Made by a program: the position numbers and the translations under genes | Assembly: GCA_028825265.1 (NCBI GenBank) | Contig: JAPKAM010000003.1 | Span: 3,547-67,546, forward strand | DNA: 64,000 nucleotides | Source: Planctomycetota bacterium | GTDB taxonomy: Bacteria > Planctomycetota > UBA8108 > UBA1146 | Direction: 5' to 3' | Notes under the pieces: generated by a model | Databases searched by the model: none | Told to the model about the DNA's origin: nothing | Seen by the model: only the letters and a program-made list of their open reading frames with translations | In this document: in pieces, positions 22,401 through 31,615 of the stretch | Numbering within the stretch: position 1 is the first letter of the stretch | Layout of the letters: each line of letters begins with the position of its first letter

Positions 22401-25154
22401 TCATCGGTCCCTTTTTCGCTTCTTGCGGCGTGCCTCGATCAATTTCTGGAAATCTGCGGACCGATGATCGGCGATCTCAGGGGTCTCCCCTTGCCGCTCA
22501 GAATCCACCTTCGGTTCGACCGAAGAGGGTTGAGCCGCTGGTTTCCTTCTCGCCGCGATGGCCCTGCGGACTAGAGGTGGCGTATCGGTGGCTTCCTTGG
22601 CGATGGGTTTCGAGGATCTCTTGAGCACTGGAATCTTCAACTGCACCCGCCGAGTAACGATGTCAAAAAAGAACAGGAACAATCCCACGATGGCCAGTGG
22701 ATGCCACAATGGACTGCGGTCCTTTCGTTGCGGTAACGAGCGGTCAAGAAGATCATCGGCATCGGTCAAGATCCTACCGCCGGAAGCTTCAGCAATTCTC
22801 TTCAACAGTTCTTCGTTACTTTGAAGTACCCGAAATTCTGCAGGATATCCAACCGAGATCGACTTCGTCTGACCACCGATATGACCCTGCCCATCATCGT
22901 GATTGACATGGATCAGATACGACCCTTCCTGGGCTGCATCGAACTTCCCAATGTAGCGACCAGGAGCGACCTGATTCACAACGATCTTGCGCTCCGATTG
23001 GTCCGGGCTGATCAGAGTGCACTCCAGTTCCATCCCATCGAGGAATCTCCCGTCGGGATCGATGGCATCGACGATCAGTTGAGCTGAATCTCCTTCGATC
23101 GAGTGGGAGATCTCGAGGACTCCCTCTTCCAGTTCTCGGGAGATGGAGCGCACCAGTTGGGTCCAGAAGGTGGAATTCCCACTCCACCCTTGCCACTGCT
23201 CACTCCACCGAGCTCTCGCATCGCTCATGAAGGCTGCAGTTTTCCCGATGCCGTGCCTTCCGAGCGCCAGCAATGGGTCCTCTTCCTGATTGACCAGTAC
23301 CAGATTCGAGAGCGGCTTGATGGTGGTCAACACGATCCCATGGAGCGGCGGGAAGCCGGACTCCAGTCCTCGAATCGGATCTGCAATCTCGACGATGGTC
23401 GGGGTGAATGTCTCCTCGGTTATCAAATTCCGTTTCACCTCCAGCGCTTCCCTGAAGAAGATCTGTGGCAAACTGGCTGGATGATCGACAAAGTAAAATC
23501 GGCCCCCAGTCGAACTCGCGATCTTCTTCATCGTTGCAGTAGCCGACGCTCCTGAATGGGGCTGGATGCATATGGTCGAGACGGAAATCCCAGCCTGCGC
23601 ATAGGCGTCGAGCAACCTCATTCCTGGTTTGACAGGATCACCGTCGGAGATGATCACCACATGTTTCGAGTAGCTGTTCGAGCGAAGCAAACCCAGTAAA
23701 GCCATCTGCATCGATGCCCCGAAGGTCGTCATATCTGCCGGCTGGAGAGTGTTGATCTTCTTCTGGATCTCCCCCCGATCTCCCAACGGTCCCAGAGGAA
23801 TACCCCAGTAATCGACTCCTCCGCTGTACACCAGTACACCGAATTCATCCTTGGGGGTCAGGGGTTCGATGGAAGCGAAGGCGATTCTTCTCGCCCACAT
23901 ATTTCCCAGTTCGAATTCGCAGGTGTGGAGAATCACCGCCAACGCCCCGTTGGGCAGATTTTTGCGCTGCTGGATATCCATCTTCACCGGTAGAGCTTTT
24001 TCGACCTCGGTCCCCCTCCATCCTCCGGCTCCAAAGGAGTTGGGTCCCCCGACCATCAGCAATCCCATGCCCGTGGTGTGTACCACCTTTTCAAGCATGG
24101 CGATCCGCTGAGGATCGATGCTGAATGCGGAGATATCGTCGAGAATCAACGCTTCGATCCCGAAGTACTCCTCTGGCTTCAGTGGAATTTGATCAGGGGT
24201 GAGCCGCTGAACGTTGATATTTCCGGAGGTGAGTAACCTCTCCAGGGTTCGATCAGGATCCTCGCTCACGAGCACCACTCTCGGCGGGTGAATGGTTCTC
24301 ACCAGCCCGATCCCAAAATTGTTCTGCTCCAGCGAATCCAGTCCCGGCTCAGGATGCACCGAAACATTCAGCCGCTGAAGGATGGAAGTTCCTCCATCCA
24401 AGGTGAATGCGATCCGATTTCTTCCTGCCTCGAGGGTCATTGGGCGGCGCTCGATGATTCCTTCACCATCGGCAAGAACCACCGTTGCGGACCCAGCAGA
24501 ACTGGACCAGATGATGGAATCGACAGAAAATACCTGACCTGGCCTGACCGTCTCAGGAGCCTCGACGCTCTCCATGATCACTTCTCTGGGGTGGTCGTAT
24601 CTCACCGGCATGACATCGACAGCGATTCCCGCGGCCGCGAGATTTTTGGCCTCTCGAACCGGATCTCCCTCGGTTGAGTTCCCGTCGCTGATCAAAACGA
24701 TGCGGCGCGAACCACCTGGCGCACTGCCCTCCAGAGCACTCGCCGAATATCTCAACGCTGCAGCGATGTCGGAACCGCTTCGATCGATCTTGACCGAGGT
24801 CCCAGAGCCTAGCCTCATCGCCATCGGTTGTTCTTGTTGCTGGTCCTTGGCAAACGAAATCAACGACACCTGGTCCGGATATTCGAGAGTCCCGAGACGC
24901 CTCGATGTCTTTGAAATCGCCTCATCTGTGACGAGGCGTGGCACGGATGCCGAGAGATCTCTCAACACCAGAATACTGAGGCCATCTCCACCGGTCAGGT
25001 GAACCATCCTGGCCAGCGCCAACACCAGTGCGGTGATCGCCATGCCACGAAGTACCAGTGCGGTTTTTTTCACGGCATTCGGTAATCCCGCTCGACTACC
25101 TGTAGAGATGAAAACCAGCGAAGCCAGCAGCGGGATTCCTGCCAGAAGCCACAT
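22401..25154 (-). CDS. two-anchor membrane protein with BatA-type N-terminal double-TM domain, VWA domains and ThuA/GATase1-like domain
   Basis: MWLLAGIPLLASLVF...ALVLRGMAITALVLALA (BatA_N / two_anch pattern), VWA-like RRIVLISDGNS and HVVIISDGDP, C-terminal TM LAIVGLFLFFF plus a basic tail. Trimmed to the Met preceding the double-TM region. Confidence 0.7.
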   Translation of the reverse strand: MWLLAGIPLLASLVFISTGSRAGLPNAVKKTALVLRGMAITALVLALARMVHLTGGDGLSILVLRDLSASVPRLVTDEAISKTSRRLGTLEYPDQVSLISFAKDQQQEQPMAMRLGSGTSVKIDRSGSDIAAALRYSASALEGSAPGGSRRIVLISDGNSTEGDPVREAKNLAAAGIAVDVMPVRYDHPREVIMESVEAPETVRPGQVFSVDSIIWSSSAGSATVVLADGEGIIERRPMTLEAGRNRIAFTLDGGTSILQRLNVSVHPEPGLDSLEQNNFGIGLVRTIHPPRVVLVSEDPDRTLERLLTSGNINVQRLTPDQIPLKPEEYFGIEALILDDISAFSIDPQRIAMLEKVVHTTGMGLLMVGGPNSFGAGGWRGTEVEKALPVKMDIQQRKNLPNGALAVILHTCEFELGNMWARRIAFASIEPLTPKDEFGVLVYSGGVDYWGIPLGPLGDRGEIQKKINTLQPADMTTFGASMQMALLGLLRSNSYSKHVVIISDGDPVKPGMRLLDAYAQAGISVSTICIQPHSGASATATMKKIASSTGGRFYFVDHPASLPQIFFREALEVKRNLITEETFTPTIVEIADPIRGLESGFPPLHGIVLTTIKPLSNLVLVNQEEDPLLALGRHGIGKTAAFMSDARARWSEQWQGWSGNSTFWTQLVRSISRELEEGVLEISHSIEGDSAQLIVDAIDPDGRFLDGMELECTLISPDQSERKIVVNQVAPGRYIGKFDAAQEGSYLIHVNHDDGQGHIGGQTKSISVGYPAEFRVLQSNEELLKRIAEASGGRILTDADDLLDRSLPQRKDRSPLWHPLAIVGLFLFFFDIVTRRVQLKIPVLKRSSKPIAKEATDTPPLVRRAIAARRKPAAQPSSVEPKVDSERQGETPEIADHRSADFQKLIEARRKKRKRDR

Positions 25155-25180
25155 AGGCTGGTCGAAATCGATGGGCACGC

Positions 25181-26104
25181 TCACCTTGATTCCCCCGGAA
25201 TTGCAGATGTCACCACCCGGTGATTTCCCGTGTCTGCAATCAATAACCTGGGAACGGGTCCAGTTCGAGAGACCGCCACACCGCGGGGCTCGCTGAGTTG
25301 TCCGGTACGACGACCTGTTCCCCCTACCACTGCCACCAACGAACCGTCGGCCCTGAATCGTTGCACCCGACAACCAGCCTTATCGACCACCACAAAACTC
25401 CCGTCTCCGACGGTATCGATGTCAAATGGGGTATCGAACTGACCCGCAGCTCTCCCCGGTGCCCCGATGGTCTGGAGGTGTTCACCATCGAGGGTGAATC
25501 GAAGCACCCTGTGATGACCGCAATCAACCACCAGCACCGTTCCATCCACGTCGATGGCCAATCCTTCAGGCCGGAGAAACTGGCCTGGACCGTCGCCTCG
25601 TTCTCCCCAGACCTTCATCAACTGACCGTGGCGATCGAAGCGGAAGATACGATCGAGTTCGCCGTAGGATGCGACCAGGATCGAACCGTCTGCAGCAACA
25701 TCGATACCTCGGACCAGTTCCAGCCCCACATCTTCGCCAAATCGGCGCACTTCGTTGCCATCGATGTCGAACTCGATGATTCTCATGTAGTGAGTATCAG
25801 CGACCAGCAGCGTTCCCTCAGAGGTGCTACACAGATCGATCGGATGACCTGCAGACCATTCCGGAAGCATCCACACATCCTTCAACTCTCCTGCGACATC
25901 GAACCGTTGAGCTCTACCGCTGCGGTCGATGACGATGCACTGCTGCTGCGGCAGGGCTTCGATCGCCCTCGGCTGAAAGAAACGGCCAACACCCCGACCC
26001 GGGCCTCCGATCAATTCCACATTCTTCAGTGGTTTGGTATCCACCGAGGAGGAGACGCAGCAGTTGATCAGCAGCAGAGCCAACAGCCAGATCCTGGATC
26101 GCAT
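25181..26104 (-). CDS. secreted NHL-repeat beta-propeller protein
   Basis: Signal peptide MRSRIWLLALLLINCCVSS, then repeated LVADTHYMRIIEFD / LVVDCGHHRVLRF / LIADTGNHRVV NHL-like blades. Confidence 0.7.
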   Translation of the reverse strand: MRSRIWLLALLLINCCVSSSVDTKPLKNVELIGGPGRGVGRFFQPRAIEALPQQQCIVIDRSGRAQRFDVAGELKDVWMLPEWSAGHPIDLCSTSEGTLLVADTHYMRIIEFDIDGNEVRRFGEDVGLELVRGIDVAADGSILVASYGELDRIFRFDRHGQLMKVWGERGDGPGQFLRPEGLAIDVDGTVLVVDCGHHRVLRFTLDGEHLQTIGAPGRAAGQFDTPFDIDTVGDGSFVVVDKAGCRVQRFRADGSLVAVVGGTGRRTGQLSEPRGVAVSRTGPVPRLLIADTGNHRVVTSAIPGESR

Positions 26105-26162
26105 GCAGGGCTCTCCTCTTGTGATTGAACGGGGACACACGAAGGTCGAGGACAGCGATCGC

Positions 26163-26447
26163 TCAGTCTTCAGTTCTCCCCTGGAGACGATCAAAGTAAT
26201 CTTGAGCCACTTGGCGAAGGGAGGCGGGAACTCGCTGGATCTTGAGTTCAGATTCTGCGATTCGAGAACCCGCTTTTACCGCCTGTCGCAGAATCGCCTT
26301 GGCCTCCCCCGATGGAGCCTCCCCTTCGACCAGCAGGGTCGCCACCGTCTGTCCCGGATGAGCTTTGCCTGGCAGTTTCTCGGGAGTCGACGAGGTCTCG
26401 CCATCCTTGGCAGATGGACTGGAACCGCCACCGAGACCCAGTTGCAA
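26163..26447 (-). CDS. small hypothetical protein (doubtful)
   Basis: 94-aa Gly/Ser/Ala-rich ORF. It is in the same frame as the upstream 431-aa ORF, separated from it by two TGA codons. Confidence 0.25.
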   Translation of the reverse strand: MQLGLGGGSSPSAKDGETSSTPEKLPGKAHPGQTVATLLVEGEAPSGEAKAILRQAVKAGSRIAESELKIQRVPASLRQVAQDYFDRLQGRTED

Positions 26448-26564
26448 TCCCGGGCCTCCGGCTAGGCCCGCAGCCGCGGATCCCTTCGACCCTGCTTTTT
26501 GTGTCTGTGTATGAACGAAACTTCGCTCACTGGAAGAACCCTGTCAGGTCCCTCCCTTGGCTTG

Positions 26565-27860
26565 TCAGGTTCCCGCCAGGCAAGCGGGGCAAATCTCCGG
26601 CGGCGGACCGTCGGGCCATTCCGAAGGCAAGGCGCTCAATTCTGCTTCGGTGAACTGGATCTGCTTTCGAGCATGATCGAGCAGCTCGCTCTCCCTCAGC
26701 AACTTGGCCAGTTGATCCAGTTGCTGCGACAGGTTCTGCAGATCCTCTTGCGATAACGCCTTCGCATCTTTCAACTTTGAACTCAATTGATCCGACAGTC
26801 CCAGAGCTTCCGCCAACTTTGCCAGATCGGCTCTCGCTTGTTGCCCCTTGGCACCGGCGCTCGCCGCAGCCTTGGCCAACTTCTGCAGTTCCTGCCCGGC
26901 CCGCCCCAGTTGCCCCTTTTGCAGGGCAGTCTGCAATTGCGTTGCGGCTTCAGAACCCGGGCTGTCCTTCTTCTGACCCGCCTGACGCACCCGATCCGCA
27001 GTCGCCCTCACAGATTTGAGTTCCGCTCGAGTCATGCGACTCGCCACCTGACTCCGATTCTTCTGGGCCCGCTCTAGTGCGCTCTTGCGTGGCGAAGTCT
27101 CCGGCGACCTGTGATTGGTCTTCGCCACCACTGGCTTCGGTTTGCGTGAGAGAGCCTTAAGCAGTTTCTGAGTTTCAGGATCGATCTGATGACGTTCCGC
27201 TAACTGGGTCACATCTCTCAGTCGTCGCTCCAGTGATGCCACTTTTCTGGCGCTGCGATCGGTTTCCTTTTTCCTACTCAACTTCTCTTCTTCAATTCCC
27301 AACAAGTCATAGGTCGGGAACGAAATGGCAGCGAGGCACGCGCAGAGCGCCACGACTACACGCCACGGGTTTCGTGGCTTCCCCAGTTCGATCGCGCGTT
27401 GTAAGTCGACCCGCTCCGCCACCTGTGCGGCATCGACCATGATCTTGTCGGTCGCCTCATCGCTGAATCCTTCGCCACGTGCCAGCAGTGAGGTGGAGAT
27501 GGTCTGAGGAATCTGCTCGCCCCGCTCCGCTTCGACCGCCTCGCCAAGACGCGACTTTCGAACCGACAGAAATGCTGCGGCGATCACCAGTAAAAAAGCA
27601 CCGAGAGGAAGGGTCGTCTCCAGCGTCTCGCTGATGGCCAGACTGAACAGGCGCTGCAATAGAATCAGAATCGCCCACGAGATCAGCGCCAGCGCCAAGG
27701 CATTACTGGAATGCCCCATCACCTCACGAAGTCTCCTTCGCAGGCGGATTCGACTCAGAAGTCGATCGACGGGATCCCGATTCGAACTCATCCGGTTCTC
27801 TTTCCCATACCTGGGTGCCTGACAGCCCTCTTGTGAACCCGTAGATGCCCCGCTGGCCAA
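26565..27860 (-). CDS. membrane-anchored coiled-coil protein
   Basis: TM helices (ALALALISWAILILL, LGAFLLVIAAAFL, VVVALCACLAAISF) followed by a long Lys/Gln/Ala-rich heptad-like region. Confidence 0.5.
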   Translation of the reverse strand: MASGASTGSQEGCQAPRYGKENRMSSNRDPVDRLLSRIRLRRRLREVMGHSSNALALALISWAILILLQRLFSLAISETLETTLPLGAFLLVIAAAFLSVRKSRLGEAVEAERGEQIPQTISTSLLARGEGFSDEATDKIMVDAAQVAERVDLQRAIELGKPRNPWRVVVALCACLAAISFPTYDLLGIEEEKLSRKKETDRSARKVASLERRLRDVTQLAERHQIDPETQKLLKALSRKPKPVVAKTNHRSPETSPRKSALERAQKNRSQVASRMTRAELKSVRATADRVRQAGQKKDSPGSEAATQLQTALQKGQLGRAGQELQKLAKAAASAGAKGQQARADLAKLAEALGLSDQLSSKLKDAKALSQEDLQNLSQQLDQLAKLLRESELLDHARKQIQFTEAELSALPSEWPDGPPPEICPACLAGT

Positions 27861-27905
27861 CCCTTGGTCACCGATACTCCATGATAGGCTCTCAGGCGTA
27901 CCTAT

Positions 27906-28478
27906 TCAATCGGGAGAGAGACCTCGATCAGCACCGCTTTCACCCATCCAGGCTTCCAGATCGACGCCGAGCGAGTCTGCCACACGATTGATGTGATTGA
28001 AGAAACCGATCACATGAACCAGTTCCAGAATGGTGCCGTCATCGAATCCAACTCGTCGAAGCGCATCGATGTCGGATGCATCCATCTTCGAGGGGGAGCG
28101 AGTCAACTTCTCGGTAAAAGCGGCGATGATGCGGGCTCGTTCATCGAGAGTCTCTGGTCCGGACCGGACCGAATCGACGAGATCTTCACTTCCAGGAAGC
28201 GACTCCAGATCTCGCAGGTGTGAGAGCACTCAGTAGTGGCAGTCGTTGTACTGACTCGTGAGCACCGCGACCCATTCGCGTTCTGCTCGCGTCAGTCCTG
28301 ATGTCCCGTGCATCAGACGAACGTAGAGTTCGAGAAAGGGTTCCAGAAGGTCGGGCCGCGGAGACATCACCTGAATGATCTGGGCGACTTCTCCCGTTCG
28401 AGATCGAGATCCTGCATAGATCTTTTTCAGGATTCCGCTTTCATCTTGCTCTTCCGAAAGGGGTTCGATCCACGCCAT
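27906..28478 (-). CDS. AhpD/carboxymuconolactone-decarboxylase-family peroxidase-like selenoprotein (in-frame TGA read as Sec)
   Basis: Track ORFs 28230..28478 and 27906..28229 are contiguous in one frame, joined by TGA (plus-strand tca 28230-28232). The joined sequence reads ...LTSQYNDCHY-U-VLSHLRDL, i.e. N-x-C-x-Y-[U]-x-x-x-H, the AhpD-like NxCxYCxxxH motif with Sec at the second Cys position. A hairpin starts about 15 nt downstream. Joined length of about 190 aa matches the family. Confidence 0.7.
28178..28214 (-). promoter_or_regulatory. candidate SECIS-like hairpin downstream of in-frame UGA
   Basis: mRNA CGAGAUCU-(21 nt loop GGAGUCGCUUCCUGGAAGUGA)-AGAUCUCG, an 8-bp stem beginning about 15 nt 3' of the UGA. 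Confidence 0.4.
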
Positions 28479-28487
28479 CGGTTTCTC

Positions 28488-29576
28488 CTATCCACTCGCC
28501 GGAGGAGTTGCTCTCCTCGCCAGCATCCGATCGACCAGCACCAAGGCCATCATCGCCTCGACGATCGCCACTGCACGGGGCAGTACGCAGGGGTCGTGGC
28601 GACCTTTCCCCTCGAACTGGATCCCTTCCCCCGATCGATTAACGGTTTCTTGCGTGGTACCGATGGTCGATGTGGGCTTGAACCCAACCCGCAACCAGAG
28701 GGGAGCACCGCTGGTGATCCCGCCCTGCATTCCGCCCGATCGATTGGTCCGTTGGCCAATATTGCCAAGTTCATCGGAAGTGAAACTGTCATTGTTTTCG
28801 CTTCCAGTACGACTGGTAGCGGCGATTCCGTCCCCCAGTTCGAGCGTCACCGCTGCCGGAATCGACAACATGGCCGCCCCGAGCAAGGACTTCATCTTGG
28901 CAAAGACTGGATCCCCCCAACCGGCCGGCACTCCGCGAGCCACCACTCCGACCCAGCCGCCGAGGCTATCCCCCGTCTCCCTGGCCTGTTCGATCTGGTG
29001 AACAAAAGCGGTACTGGTGGCGGGCACCGGACAGCGAACCACCGACGCCTCTACGCGCTGGGAATCGACGGTCGAAGGGTCGACCTCTGCTCGGATCCCT
29101 GACACTTCATCGACCCAGCCAACGATCTCGATGCCATACTCTCGGGCCAGCATCACTCGACACACGGCGCCTGCTGCGACTCGAGCGGCGGTTTCGCGCG
29201 CACTGGCACGACCTCCGCCCCTCCGATCTCGATGTCCGTACCGAGCTTCGGTGGTGAAATCGGCGTGACCAGGGCGATAGAGATCTGCCATCTCCTGGTA
29301 ATCTGCCGGACGGGCATCGACCGATTCGATCCAGATCGCCAGCGGCGAACCGAGGGTTCTTCCATCGAGGACACCGGAGAGGATTCTGGGCAGATCCGGC
29401 TCTTTACGCGGCGATGCGAGGTCGCCCCCCGGCCGCCGTCTCGCCAGATCCGCAGCGATCACCGGTTCAGAGACGGGGACCCCGGCGGGAAGCCCGTCGA
29501 TCACGACGCCAATTCCAGGGCCATGTGACTCGCCCCAGGTAGTGATGCGGAGAAACTCTCCGAAGGAACTGCTCAT
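28488..29576 (-). CDS. aroC: chorismate synthase
   Basis: MSSSFGEFLRITTWGESHGPGIGVVIDGLPAG N-terminus. The 177 upstream codons of the track ORF overlap mutY on the other strand and were discarded. Confidence 0.9.
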   Translation of the reverse strand: MSSSFGEFLRITTWGESHGPGIGVVIDGLPAGVPVSEPVIAADLARRRPGGDLASPRKEPDLPRILSGVLDGRTLGSPLAIWIESVDARPADYQEMADLYRPGHADFTTEARYGHRDRRGGGRASARETAARVAAGAVCRVMLAREYGIEIVGWVDEVSGIRAEVDPSTVDSQRVEASVVRCPVPATSTAFVHQIEQARETGDSLGGWVGVVARGVPAGWGDPVFAKMKSLLGAAMLSIPAAVTLELGDGIAATSRTGSENNDSFTSDELGNIGQRTNRSGGMQGGITSGAPLWLRVGFKPTSTIGTTQETVNRSGEGIQFEGKGRHDPCVLPRAVAIVEAMMALVLVDRMLARRATPPASG

Positions 29577-29588
29577 GAAAGGAATGTA

Positions 29589-30707
29589 GTGATTCCACGG
29601 CCAGATGCCAGCATCCTGGCACCACTTGAATCGCCGGAGGTCATCAGCATGGTTGCTCAAATCAGCACAGCACTGGCGGACTGGTACCGCCCAGAGGTCC
29701 AGAAACTGCCCTGGCGAGGTGTGGGAGACCCGTATGCGATCTGGCTCTCCGAGGTGATGTTGCAACAAACCCGAGTGGCGACGGTGATTCCCTACTGGAA
29801 TCGATTCATGAAAAAGTTTCCCGATCCAGCAGCGCTGGCCCAGGCACCACTCGGTGAGGTGCTCGAGATGTGGGCAGGCCTCGGGTACTACTCCCGCGGA
29901 CGCAATCTCCATGCGGCGGCGAGGCAGATCGTCGAACTCCACGACGGCTCCTTCCCTCGCGATCCGCAACGGATACGTCAGTTGCCGGGAATCGGTGAAT
30001 ACACCACCGCAGCGATCTGCAGCATCGCCTTTGATGAACCGCTGGCAGTGATCGACGGAAACGTCGAGCGTGTGCTCTGTCGCTACCTCTGCCTCGATGG
30101 AGATCATCGCAAGGGCGTCGCACGTACTCGCCTACGGGATGCGGCGCAGGAGGCGCTCGACAGAACACATCCCGGCGATCACAACCAGGCGATGATGGAT
30201 CTTGGGCGGACCATCTGCACTCCTCGATCTCCCGATTGTAGTTCATGTCCCCTCGCCAAGGGTTGCGGCGCATACGCCAGCGGTGATGCCACCCGCTGGC
30301 CTCGACCGAAGATCAAACGAGCAACCGAAGAACAGTGGTGGGCGACCGCTGTGGTGGTGACCCGCCAGGGAGTGCTGCTGTGGCCCAACTCGGGTGAGCT
30401 GCTCACCGGCCACATGGGCACTCCACTGGTTCGCCTCGATGGCCCGGATTCCGATGCGGATCTCGAATTGCGAAAGCTGTTCAAAACTCTCGCCCTCGAT
30501 CTCCCCGAGTTGATCGGCCATGCCGATCGATTCCAGCACGCCATCACATACCGAAAATTGCAGGTCACTCCGCTAGTCTATCGCTGGAACCGTAGCACTC
30601 CCGAAGGAGTCAAACTGCTGGCTCTCGATGCCGCCGATCGGGTCCCGGCATTGCATCGCAAGGCGATCGAGGCGAGCAAGGAACTACTGCTGGAAATGAC
30701 ATCATGA
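29589..30707 (+). CDS. mutY: A/G-specific adenine DNA glycosylase
   Basis: HhH-GPD region WRGVGDPYAIWLSEVMLQQTRV, Fe-S loop CTPRSPDCSSCPLAKGC, C-terminal NUDIX-like domain. The start may be internal (MVAQIST...). Confidence 0.85.
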   Translation: MIPRPDASILAPLESPEVISMVAQISTALADWYRPEVQKLPWRGVGDPYAIWLSEVMLQQTRVATVIPYWNRFMKKFPDPAALAQAPLGEVLEMWAGLGYYSRGRNLHAAARQIVELHDGSFPRDPQRIRQLPGIGEYTTAAICSIAFDEPLAVIDGNVERVLCRYLCLDGDHRKGVARTRLRDAAQEALDRTHPGDHNQAMMDLGRTICTPRSPDCSSCPLAKGCGAYASGDATRWPRPKIKRATEEQWWATAVVVTRQGVLLWPNSGELLTGHMGTPLVRLDGPDSDADLELRKLFKTLALDLPELIGHADRFQHAITYRKLQVTPLVYRWNRSTPEGVKLLALDAADRVPALHRKAIEASKELLLEMTS

Positions 30708-31615
30708 ATCACTCCCCGATCGCTACTGCAGAGCAATGGAGAGCCACACCACGTCGGCGCACACCAGAAGAGGCCGCGGTGAGCGGCGCACTGATGTGTC
30801 CACCCGATCACTTCGATGTAATCGACATCCGAAATGCACACATGAGCGCACACATCGGCAAGATCGATGCCGTCGCAGCTCGCTGCCAGTGGGACTCGCT
30901 GACAGCGGCCATCGGTGCGATGGGACTCGAGGTCCATCGACTCGATCCGCCGGAAGGGCTGGTCGATGCAGTATTCACCGCCAACCCCTCGCTGGTTAGC
31001 GTCGATGCAACAGGACAACCGGTGGCCGTGATCGGAAAAATGGATCACCCCGACCGCCGGCCTGAGAGTGAGCTGCACCGCAGTCGATGGCTCCAGCTGG
31101 GCATCCGTTGCCTCGACATCGATGCGAACACTGCGGGGGCCTGGGAAGGCAATGGCGACACTCTCAAGCACCCGGGCCTGTCGCTTCTGTGGTGTGGAGT
31201 CGGCATGAGAAGCCAACTCGATTGCCATCTGGCAGTGGGACGAATGCTAGGACACGAGGTCGCCACTCTTGACCTCCAAGATCCGTGCTTCTATCACCTC
31301 GACACGGCGTTGGCGATGTTGCGTCAAGATTGTGCTGCCGTGGTTCGGAGCGCCTTCGACGAAACTGGAATCGACCTGTTGGAAAGTGCCTTCGATCTGC
31401 TGGTCGAGGTGGACGAGAATGAAGCCCGCGAGAAACTGGCGGGAAATCTATGGTGTCCAGACGGCCACCAGGTACTGATACCCGCGGGGGCCCCCATCAC
31501 CGCTGGCCGATTGTCGAAGCAGGGATTCGAGGTCACAGAGATCGAGACTGGAGAATTCTTGAAATCAGGAGGCAGCGTGTTCTGCATGAGACAGGAGATC
31601 CGTGAGTCGATCTGA
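30704..31615 (+). CDS. amidinotransferase-superfamily protein (DDAH / arginine-deiminase-like)
   Basis: LMCPPDHFDV N-terminus and C-terminal catalytic SGGSVFCM (GGG..C.T-type Cys). Start overlaps the mutY stop (ATGA). Confidence 0.65.
   Translation: MNHSPIATAEQWRATPRRRTPEEAAVSGALMCPPDHFDVIDIRNAHMSAHIGKIDAVAARCQWDSLTAAIGAMGLEVHRLDPPEGLVDAVFTANPSLVSVDATGQPVAVIGKMDHPDRRPESELHRSRWLQLGIRCLDIDANTAGAWEGNGDTLKHPGLSLLWCGVGMRSQLDCHLAVGRMLGHEVATLDLQDPCFYHLDTALAMLRQDCAAVVRSAFDETGIDLLESAFDLLVEVDENEAREKLAGNLWCPDGHQVLIPAGAPITAGRLSKQGFEVTEIETGEFLKSGGSVFCMRQEIRESI

Noticed and set aside
29577-30107. 177-codon N-terminal extension of the aroC ORF
   Set aside because: Overlaps mutY on the opposite strand and has no similarity to chorismate synthase; MSSSFGEFLRITTWGESHG is the standard AroC start.
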